Part shown: in pieces, positions 54,687 through 64,000 of the stretch
Layout of the letters: the number at the start of each line of letters is the position of its first letter
Position numbering within the stretch: position 1 is the first letter of the stretch
Source of the DNA: Cetorhinus maximus
Lineage: Eukaryota
NCBI RefSeq assembly: GCF_964194155.1
Contig: NW_027597837.1
Location: 1-64,000, forward strand
Direction of reading: 5' to 3'
DNA length: 64,000 nucleotides
Made by a program: the position numbers and the translations under genes
Notes under the pieces: generated by a model
Seen by the model: only the letters and a program-made list of their open reading frames with translations
Databases searched by the model: none
What the model was told of the DNA's origin: nothing

Positions 54687-57600
54687 CTGGGAAGAAAAAT
54701 ATTCGTGCAGTCGGTTAACGTACAGTATTTTATAAAAAAAACTGCATTTCTATAGCGCCTTTCACCGCCTCAGGATGTTCCATCAGCAGCTTGCAGCCCA
54801 TTAAGTACTTCTCTTTTCCCCCCCAACCCCGAAGTGCTGTAAATGTTGGACAGGCGGCAGCCAATTTGCGCACAGCAAGCTCCCACAAACAGCGATGCTG
54901 AGAATGACCCAGACGGTCTATTTTTAGTGATGTTGGTTGAAGGATAAATATTGGCCCCAGGTCACCGGGGAGAACCCCGCCCCCCACCCACCCCTCCCAA
55001 CTCCCCCGTGCTGTTCTTCCAATAGTGGCCGTGGTATCTTTTACACCCACCCGAGAGGGCAGACGGGGCCTCGGTTTAAACTGGCATCTCGGACAGTGCG
55101 ATGAAGGTCTCCGTCAGTACCAGTACTGGGGGTGTCGGCCTGGATTTGGTGCTCGAGTCTCTGGCGTGGGATTGGACCCCACGGCTTTCTGACTCTGAGG
55201 TGAGAGTGTGACTGAGCCATGCTGGGCGAGAATCAAGTTAAAGAAAGGGCACTTCACTCAAACCTCCACGTCCCTTCAGTGGGGCACATCTGTTGGGGAT
55301 CAAATCTAATTCCGCCACCTTCTCCATAAATCTCTTCTGATGGTGGGGTATTAACACGCTTGGGGGGGCAAAAAGAGTGCTTACCGTTGTGTGTTGCCAC
55401 ACTTGATGTTAGACAGCAACTTCTCCCTCCCTCCGGCAGTTGGACACTCCTCATAGGCTTTCATCAGGCTGCCAATCAGAAACGCAGCCAATCAGAAACG
55501 CAGCCAATCAGAAACGCAGCCAATCAGAAACGCAGCCAATCAGAAACGCAGCCAATCAGAAACGCAGCCAATCAGAAACGCAGCCAATCAGAAACGCAGC
55601 CAATCAGAAACGCAGCCAATCAGAAACGCAGCCAATCAGAAACGCAGCCAATCAGAAACGCAGCCAATCAGAAACGCAGCCAATCAGAAACGCAGCCAAT
55701 CAGAAACGCAGCCAATCAGAAACGCAGCCAATCAGGGACACGCCAGTCAGTGAGAGGGTCAGCCAGGGACGTGCCAGTCAGTGAGAGGGTCAGCCAGGGA
55801 CGTGCCAGTCAGTGACGGGGTCAGCCAGGGACACGCCGGTCAGTGAGAGGGTCAGCCAGGGACACGCCGGTCAGTGAGAGGGTCAGCCAGGGACGTGCCG
55901 GTCAGTGACAGGGTCAGCCAGGGACGTGCCGGTCAGTGAGAGGGTCAGCCAGGGACGTGCCAGTCAGTGAGAGGGTCAGCCAAGGACGTGCCGGTCAGTG
56001 AGAGGGTCAGCCAAGGACATGCCGGTCAGTGAGAGGGTCAGCCAAGGACGTGCCGGTCAGTGAGAGGGTCAGCCAGGGACGTGCCGGTCAGTGAGAGGGT
56101 CAGCCAGGGACGTGCCGGTCAGTGAGAGGGTCAGCCAGGGACGTGCCGGTCAGTGAGAGGGTCAGCCAGGGACGTGCCGGTCAGTGAGAGGGTCAGCCAG
56201 GGACGTGCCGGTCAGTGAGAGGGTCAGCCAGGGACGTGCTGGTCAGTGAGAGGGTCAGCCAGGGACACGCAGTGCTCAGTGGGCATATATATTAGACCGG
56301 GTTTTTCCCAGCTTGCCTCACAGGTACTCACATTGCGACGATTATTTGCATCGAGGCCAGTACTAAAGGAACACAGAGATCTCAGAGAGCTGTAGAGGCT
56401 GGAGGAGGTACAGTGATGGGGAGGGTTGTAGGGGCTGGAGGAGTTTACAGAGATAGGGAGGGTTGTAGGGGCTGGAGGAGGTTACAGAGATAGGGAGGGT
56501 TGTAGGGGCTGGAGGAGGTTACAGTGATAAGGAGGATTGTGGGGGCTGGAGGAGGTTACAGAGATAGGGAGGGGTGTTGGGGCTGGTGGAGGTTACAGAG
56601 ATAGGGAGGGTTGTAGGGGCTGGAGTAGGTTACAGAGATGGGGAGGGTTGTAGGGGCTGGGGGAGGTTTGAGAGATAGGGAGTGTTGTAGGGGCTGGAGG
56701 AGGTTACAGAGATAGGGAGGGTTGTAGGGGCTGGAGGAGGTTACAGAGATAGGGAGGGTTGTAGGGGCTGGAGGAGGTTACAGAGATAGGGAGTGTTGTA
56801 GGGGCTGGAGGAGGTTACAGAGATAGGGAGTGTTGTAGGCGCTGGAGGAGGTTACAGAGATAGGGAGTGTTGTAGGCGCTGGAGGAGGTTACAGTGATAA
56901 GGAGGATTGTGGGGGCTGGAGGAGGTTACAGTGATAAGGAGGATTGTGGGGGCTGGAGGAGGTTACAGAGATAGGGAGGGGTGTTGGGGCTGGTGGAGGT
57001 TACAGAGATAGGGAGGGTTGTAGGGGCTGGAGTAGGTTACAGAGATGGGGAGGGTTGTAGGGGCTGGGGGAGGTTTGAGAGATAGGGAGTGTTGTAGGGG
57101 CTGGAGGAGGTTACAGAGATAGGGAGGGTTGTAGGGGCTGGAGGAGGTTACAGAGATAGGGAGGGTTGTAGGGGCTGGAGGAGGTTACAGAGATAGGGAG
57201 GGTTGTAGGGGCTGGAGGAGGTTACAGAGATAGGGAGGGTTGTAGGGGCTGGAGGAGGTTACAGAGATAGGGAGTGTTGTAGGCGCTGGAGGAGGTTACA
57301 GAGATAGGGAGTGTTGTAGGCGCTGGAGGAGGTTACAGTGATAAGGAGGATTGTGGGGGCTGGAGGAGGTTACAGTGATAAGGAGGATTGTGGGGGCTGG
57401 AGGAGGTTACAGAGATAGGGAGGGTTGTAGGGGCTGGAGGAGGTTACAGAGATAGGGAGGGTTGTAAGGGCTGGGGGAGGTTACAGAGATAGGGAGGGTT
57501 GTAGGGGCTGGAGTAGGTTACAGAGATGGGGAGGGTTGTAGGGGCTGGACGAGGTTACAGAGATAGGGAGGGGTGATGGGGCTGGTGGAGGTTACAGAGA

Positions 57601-60600
57601 TAGGGAGGGTTGTAGGGGCTGGAGGAGGTTACAGAGATAGGGAGGGTTGTAGGGGCTGGAGGAGGTTACAGAGATAGGGAGGGTTGTAAGGGCTGGAGGA
57701 GGTTACAGTGATAAGGAGGATTGTGGGGGCTGGAGGAGGTTACAGTGATAAGGAGGATTGTGGGGGCTGGAGGAGGTTACAGAGATAGGGGTGTTGGGGC
57801 TGGAGGAGGTTACAGAGATAGGGAGGGTTGTAGGGGCTGGAGGAGGTTACAGAGATAGGGAGGGTTGTAGGGGCTGGAGGAGGTTACAGAGATAGGGAGG
57901 GTTGTAGGGGCTGGAGGAGGTTACAGAGATAGGGAGTGTTGTAGGGGCTGGAGGAGGTTACAGAGATAGGGAGTGTTGTAGGCGCTGGAGGAGGTTACAG
58001 TGATAAGGAGGATTGTGGGGGCTGGAGGAGGTTACAGTGATAAGGAGGATTGTGGGGGCTGGAGGAGGTTACAGAGATAGGGAGGGGTGTTGGGGCTGGT
58101 GGAGGTTACAGAGATAGGGAGGGTTGTAGGGGCTGGAGGAGGTTACAGAGATAGGGAGGGTTGTAGGGGCTGGAGGAGGTTTGAGAGATAGGGAGTGTTG
58201 TAGGGGCTGGAGGAGGTTACAGAGATAGGGAGGGTTGTAGGGGCTGGAGGAGGTTACAGAGATAGGGAGGGTTGTAGGGGCTGGAGGAGGTTACAGAGAT
58301 AGGGAGGGTTGTAGGGGCTGGAGGAGGTTACAGAGATAGGGAGGGTTGTAGGGACTGGAGGAGGTTACAGAGATAGGGAGGGTTGTAGGGGCTGGAGGAG
58401 GTTACAGAGATAGGGAGTGTTGTAGGGGCTGGAGGAGGTTACAGAGATAGGGAATGTTGTAGGCGCTGGAGGAGGTTACAGTGATAAGGAGGATTGTGGG
58501 GGCTGGAGGAGGTTACAGTGATAAGGAGGATTGTGGGGGCTGGAGGAGGTTACAGAGATAGGGAGGGGTGTTGGGGCTGGTGGAGGTTACAGAGATAGGG
58601 AGGGTTGTAGGGGCTGGAGGAGGTTACAGAGATAGGGAGGGTTGTAGGGGCTGGAGGAGGTTACAGAGATAGGGAGGGTTGTAAGGGCTGGGGGAGGTTA
58701 CAGAGATAGGGAGGGTTGTAGGGGCTGGAGTAGGTTACAGAGATGGGGAGGGTTGTAGGGGCTGGACGAGGTTACAGAGATAGGGAGGAGGGATGAGGAG
58801 GCCATGAGGAGTTGTGGACACGAGGATGTGATTAAATACAGAGGCGTTTGAGGTCTGTGAGTATGGTGGGTCAGTCAGTGAGGGGGACTTGTTGCGATAC
58901 CCAGGAGAGCTGAAGTTTACAGAGGGTGGCAGGGGGGAGGCTGCGCAGAAAGGCATTGGAATACTCAGGAGTTTAAGGAAAGCAGGGGTGAAAGTTCCAG
59001 GAGCAAACCCGCTGCCCACAAGGGCGGTGGAAGCAGAGCTGATAAACCATTACAGAAGGAAGTTGAATGGACAATTGAGGGAATATTCATTCATGGGATG
59101 CAGGCATCACTGGCTGGGCCAGCATTTATTGCCCATCCCTAATTGCCCCTTGAGAAGGTGGTGGTGAGCCGCCTTACTGAACCGCTGCAGTCCCTGTGGT
59201 GTAGGTACACCCACAGCGCTGTTAGGGAGGGAGTTCCAGGATTTTGACCCAGCGACAGTGAAGGAACGGCCGATATAGTTCCAAGTCAGGATGGTGAGTG
59301 GCTTGGAGGGGAACTTGCAGGTGGTGGTGTTCCCCATGTGTCTGCTGCCCTTGTCCTTCTAGGTGGGAGTGGTCGTGGGTTTGGAAGGTGCTGTTGGAGT
59401 GTTGAAGGAGTCTTGGCGATGTTATGGAGCTGGGGGAGAGGGGAAAATGGGGTCTTGCGCTCTGAGTACTGAAGAGCACGTCTGACACATACCTGGCCAC
59501 CGAATCATAGTGGCGGAGGATGGCGACTGCTTTTTCTCCGCTGATGCCGTTGATTTGCATCAACTGCTTTGCAAATACCTCCTTCACAGTCTGTGCCTGT
59601 AAAACAACAGCAACATTCACCAACCAGCCCTTGCATTGATATAACGCCTTTAACATAGTAAAGCGCCTCGTGGGGGGACAAAACTGAGCACCGAGCCACC
59701 GAAGCAACGTTAACGGAGAGAGATGATTTGGGTTGTTATCATATTGCAGTTTGTGGGATCTTCCTGTGCGCTTTTCCTATAGTGATCACACTTTGACTAC
59801 TCAATTGCCTGGGAAGTGCTTCAGGAAATCCTGGGGTGGTGAAAGATGACAGAGAAACATATGTCTGTCTATATTAGGAGATATTAGGAACAGGTGACCA
59901 AAAGCTGGGTCAAAGAGGTCAGTTCAAAGGTCGGTCTCAAAGGAAGAGAGAGAGAGAGAGAGAGAGAGAGGCCGAGAAGTTGAGGGAGGGAATTCCGGAG
60001 CTCAGAGACACAGGCAGCTGAAGGCACGGCCACCAATGGTGGAGCGATGGGAATCGGGATGCACGGGAGGTCAGAATTAGAAAGTGGTGTAAGGGCTGGA
60101 GGAGGTTACAGAGATAGGGAGGGTTGTAGGGGCTGGACGAGGTTACAGAGATAGGGAGGGATGCAGGGGCTGGAGGAGGTTACAGAGATAGGGAGTGTTG
60201 TAGGGACTGGAGGAGGTTACAGAGACAGGGAGGGTTGTAGGGGCTGGAGGAGGTTACAGAGATAGGGAGGGTTGTAGGGGCTGGAGGAGGTTACAGAGAT
60301 AGGGAGGGTTGTAGGGACTGGAGGAGGTTACAGAGACAGGGAGGGTTGTAGGGGCTGGAGGAGGTTACAGAGACAGGGAGGGTTGTAGGGTCTGGAGGAG
60401 GTTACAGAGATAGGGAGGGTTGTAGGGGCTGGAGGAGGTTACAGAGATAGGGAGGGTTTAGGGGCTGGAGGAGGTTACAGAGATAGGGAGGGTTGTAGGG
60501 ACTGGAGGAGGTTACAGAGACAGGGAGGGTTGTAGGGGCTGGAGGAGGTTACAGAGATAGGGAGGGTTGTAGGGACTGGAGGAGGTTACAGAGATAGTGT

Positions 60601-63600
60601 TGTAGGGGCCGGAGGAGGTTACAGAGATAGGGAGGGTTGTAGGGGCTGGAGGAGGTTACAGAGATAGGGAGGGGTGTAGGGGCTGGAGGAGGTTACAGAG
60701 ATAGGGAAGGTTGTCGGGGCTGCAGGAGGTTACAGAGATAGGGAGGGTTGTAGGGGCCGGATGAGGTTACAGAGATAGTGTTGTAGGGGCCGGAGGAGGT
60801 TACAGAGATAGGGAGGGTTGTAGGGGCTGGAGGAGGTTACAGAGATAGGGAGGGGTGTAGGGGCTGGAGGAGGTTACAGAGATAGGGAAGGTTGTAGGGG
60901 CTGGAGGATGTTACAGAGACAGGGAGGGTTGTAGGGGTTGAAGGAGGTTACAGAGATAGGGAGGGTTGTAGGGACTGGAGGAGGTTACAGAGATAGGGAG
61001 GGTTGTAGGGGCTGGAGGAGGTTACAGAGATAGGGAGGGTTGTAGGGGCTGGAGGAGGTTACAGAGATAGGGAGGGTTCTAGGGGCTGGAGGAGGTTGCA
61101 GAGATAGGGAGGGTTCTAGGGGCTGGAGGAGGTTACAGAGATAGGGAGGGCTTAGGGGCTGGAGGAGGCTACAGAGATAGGGAGGGTTGTAGGGGCTGGA
61201 GGAGGTTACAGAGACAGGGAGGGTTGTAGGGGTTGAAGGAGATTACAGAGTTAGGGAGGGTTGTAGGGACTGGAGGATGTTACAGAGATAGGGAGGGTTG
61301 TAGGGGCTGGAGGAGGTTACAGAGATAGGGAGGGTTGTCGGGGCTGGAGGAGGTTACAGAGATAGGGAGGGTTGTAGGGGCTGGAGGAGGTTACAGAGAT
61401 AGGGAGGGTTGTAGGGGCTGGAGGAGGTTACGGAGATAGGGAGGTTTGTAATGGCTGGAGGAGGTTACAAAGATAGGGAGGGTTGTAGGGGCTGGAGGAG
61501 GTTACAGAGATAGGGAGGGTTGTAGGGGCTGGAGGAGGTTACAGAGATAGGGAGGGTTGTAGGGGCTGGAGGAGGTTACAGAGATAGGGAGGGTTGTAGG
61601 GGCTGGAGGAGGTTACAGAGATAGGGAGGGTTGTAGGGGCTGGAGGAGGTTACAGAATGGGAAGGTGAGATTCAGCAATGAGACTGGAAGAAAGGGATGG
61701 TCACTCTGGCGAAGCAGTGGTATGAAGGTTCTGTGAGCTACCATGGTCTGCAATACAGATTTACTCTGCGGGCAGTCAGTCAGTCAGTCAGTTCTTCAGG
61801 CTCGAGCAGCCAAAGTCGAGGAGATGAGCGAGAAGTGGAGAGGACTTGCTCACCCTGTTTTTCATGGCTCCTTCATTGAAATCGCTGAAGGTCAGGAGAA
61901 CACAGGTGTCAGAGTCGGTATCCTTCCTGCTACAGGCAGCCAGTTCCTCTTTCCTGCAGCTCAATAGCGTCTTTTGCTGGGAAGTATAATAGAGAAATCA
62001 TTTCAACATTCCCGAGCCTGCTCCCCAATAAGATCATGGCTAATCTTACCGTGGCCTCGATTCCACTTTCCTGTCAGCCCTCCCATAACCTTTCACTCCC
62101 TCATCGATCAAAAATCTAACTCAGCCTTGAATATATTCAGTGACCCAGCCTCCTCTCTCTGAGGGAAAGAGTGTTGCACAGATTCTCGACCCTCAGAGAA
62201 AAAATCCCTCACCTCCGTCTTAAACGGGAGACCCATTATTTTGCTCCCTAGTTCTAAATTCCTCCACGAGGTAAATCTTCCTCTCCGCGTCTACCCTGTC
62301 CAGCCCCCTCAGGAACTTATGTGTTTCAATAAGGTCACCTCTCGTTCTTCTAAACTCCAATGGATACAGGCCCAACCTGCTCAACTTTTCCTCATAAGAC
62401 AAACCCTCTTCATCCCAGGAATCAGCCGAATGAATCTTCTCTGAACTGCCTCCATAGCAAGTATACCCCTCCTTAAGTAAGGTGACCAAAACCATACTTG
62501 TTACTGAGACCAGAACTAGGGGACCGTCAATCGAAGATAGTCACTAATAAATCCAAATCGGGAAGTCAGGAGTAGCGTCTTCACCCAGAGAGCAGTGAGA
62601 ATGGGGAACTCACTCCCACACAGAGCAGTCAAGGTGAATAATGTAGACAAATTTAAGGGGGAAACTCTTTATTTATTCATTCATGGGATGTGGGCTTCAT
62701 TGGCTGGGCCAGAATTTATTGCCCATTCCTTGTTGCCCCTTGAGAAGGTGGTGGCGAGCTGCCTTAATGAGCCGCTGTAGTCCCTGTGGTGTAGGTACAC
62801 CCTCAGTGCTGTTAGGGAGGGAGTTCCAGGATTTTGACCCAGTGACAGTGAAGGAACGGCCGATATATTTCCAAGTCAGGATGGTGAGTGGCTTGGAGGG
62901 GAACTTGCAGGTGGTGGTGTTCCCATGTATCTGCTGTCCTTGTCCTTCTAGATGGTAGTGGTCGTGGGTTTGGAAGGTGCTGCCTAAGGAGCCTTGGTGA
63001 ATTCCTGCAGTGCATCTTGTAGATGGTACACACACTGCTGCTACTGTGCGTCGGTGGTGGAGGGAGTGAATATTTGTGGATGTGGTGTTAATCAAGCGGC
63101 TGCTTTGTCCTGGACGGTGTCAAGTTTCTTGAGTGTAGTGGGAGCTGCACTCATCCAGGCAAGTGGAGAGTATTCCATCACACTCCTGACTTATGCCTTG
63201 TAGATGGTGGACAGGCTTTGGGGAGTCAGGAGGTGAGTTACTCGCCGCAGGATTCCCAGCCTCTGACCTGCTCTTGTAGCCACAGTGTTTATATGTCTAG
63301 TCCACTTCAGTTTCTGGTCAATGCTAACCCTTCAGGATGTTGATAGTGGGGGATTCAGTGCTGGTAATGCCATTGAACGTGAAGGGGCGATTGTTGGGAT
63401 TCTCTCTTGTTGGAGATGGTCATTGCCCATTGCCTGGCACTTGTGTGGCGTGAATGTTACTTGCCGCCTGTCGTTATGAGGGAGAAGGGAATCCAAGGAT
63501 TTGGTGGGGGTGGGAGGAGGCTCGTGTGGAGAATAAACACCAGCATCGAGCAGGCAGGTCGAATGGGATGTGTCTGTGGTGCAAATACTCTTTAAGCATC

Positions 63601-63707
63601 TTGGCACCTACCAGGTAGAGATTCTGCAGGAATCTGGTCATGATCGTGAGGTAAGCTGCCGATTCCTTTACGTCTTTGGTCCGCTTAACAAAAAATCCAT
63701 CGACAAC
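54620..63707 (-). CDS. MUS81: Crossover junction endonuclease MUS81, last five coding exons (gene continues beyond the window)
   Basis: Exons 63707-63612, 61976-61854, 59596-59493, 55468-55385, 54686-54620: end of the ERCC4 domain and C-terminal HhH; GT-AG with consistent phases. Confidence 0.95.
54733..55222 (-). mobile_element. Near full-length DeuSINE (SacSINE1-like)
   Basis: tRNA-like head tggctcagt..gggtccaatccc, Deu-like body aaaccgaggccccgtctgccctctc..ccaatatttatcc, tail aaggcgctatagaaatgcag. Confidence 0.85.
55385..55468 (-). CDS. MUS81: MUS81 penultimate exon
   Basis: [29 protein letters not shown]. Confidence 0.93.
55471..55735. repeat. Perfect 16-bp tandem repeat (gccaatcagaaacgca) with 17 CCAAT cores
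   Basis: Units start at 55471+16k for k=0-16; directly abuts the MUS81 acceptor. Confidence 0.97.
55735..56268. repeat. 31-bp minisatellite (gggacgtgccggtcagtgagagggtcagcca), about 17 copies
   Basis: Direct repeats contiguous with the 16-bp array. Confidence 0.95.
56390..58787. repeat. 37-bp L2-derived minisatellite, about 65 units
   Basis: gggagggttgtaggggctggaggaggttacagagata; L2 flanks on both sides. Confidence 0.96.
59085..59400 (-). mobile_element. RSg-1-like LINE 3' end
   Basis: [41 protein letters not shown]. Confidence 0.85.
59493..59596 (-). CDS. MUS81: MUS81 exon (HhH)
   Basis: [34 protein letters not shown]. Confidence 0.96.
59870..61656. repeat. L2 3' end followed by 37-bp minisatellite (~60086-61656, about 42 units)
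   Basis: Same unit as 56390; flank ggcagctgaaggcacggccaccaatgg. Confidence 0.95.
61854..61976 (-). CDS. MUS81: MUS81 exon
   Basis: [41 protein letters not shown]. Confidence 0.92.
62003..62495 (-). mobile_element. CR1-like LINE 3' portion
   Basis: [39 protein letters not shown]. Confidence 0.88.
62670..63470 (-). mobile_element. RSg-1-like LINE ORF2 C-terminus, inserted within a plus-strand CR1 tail
   Basis: [13 protein letters not shown].. [19 protein letters not shown]..; CR1 3' sequence at 62500-62665 resumes at ~63475. Confidence 0.85.
63612..63707 (-). CDS. MUS81: MUS81 exon (end of ERCC4 nuclease domain)
   Basis: [32 protein letters not shown]. Confidence 0.96.
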
Positions 63708-64000
63708 CTTCAGGGGAAAGGTACAAAGCGAAGGACAGGTATTAACAAGCAGCAACATCCATTTCCAGCGCGAGGTGAGTGGGGAACTACCTCGGTTTAA
63801 AGGTTAACAATGGGACAGGTCTGGAGCACTTTGTTTCAGCAATTTATTACACCGCTGGTCACCTCAGACGCCAGTGTGGGAGGGATGGAAACTATCGCAG
63901 CTTTTCAAAGGTATTTTGAAAAGAAAAACGGAAAAAATGGGTGCGAAGAAAAGGGAAGAGACGGAGAGTAAGAGAGAGGGGGGCAGGGGAGGGGGGTACG

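Noticed and set aside
8533-63707. U12-type or non-canonical introns
   Set aside because: All annotated coding introns are GT-AG and none has the GTATCCTT donor

Overview
Vertebrate genomic DNA, most likely a shark or other chondrichthyan (inferred from CR1/HER1-like LINEs, DeuSINE and MetaSINE-like SINEs, Penelope remnants and a 69-bp satellite). The gene order matches human 11q13.1: CCDC85B (- strand, runs off the left edge), FIBP (+, 10 coding exons, 357 aa), EFEMP2/fibulin-4 (+, 10 coding exons, 448 aa) and the last five exons of MUS81 (-). I see no CTSW between FIBP and EFEMP2. Introns are packed with retroelement fragments and minisatellites; most ORFs in the supplied track are repeat artefacts. 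The most striking unexplained signal is tandem amplification of apparent cis-elements. About 11 RFX X-box palindromes at 30-31 bp spacing precede the FIBP ATG. About 770 nt of AG-free, branch-point-bearing repeats abut a MUS81 acceptor and read as 17 CCAAT boxes on the other strand. Other arrays grow out of fixed segments of L2 and DeuSINE copies. There is also a ~940-bp Penelope-derived palindrome with a minimal hammerhead ribozyme motif. All calls were made by eye; repeat boundaries are approximate and functional readings are inference.
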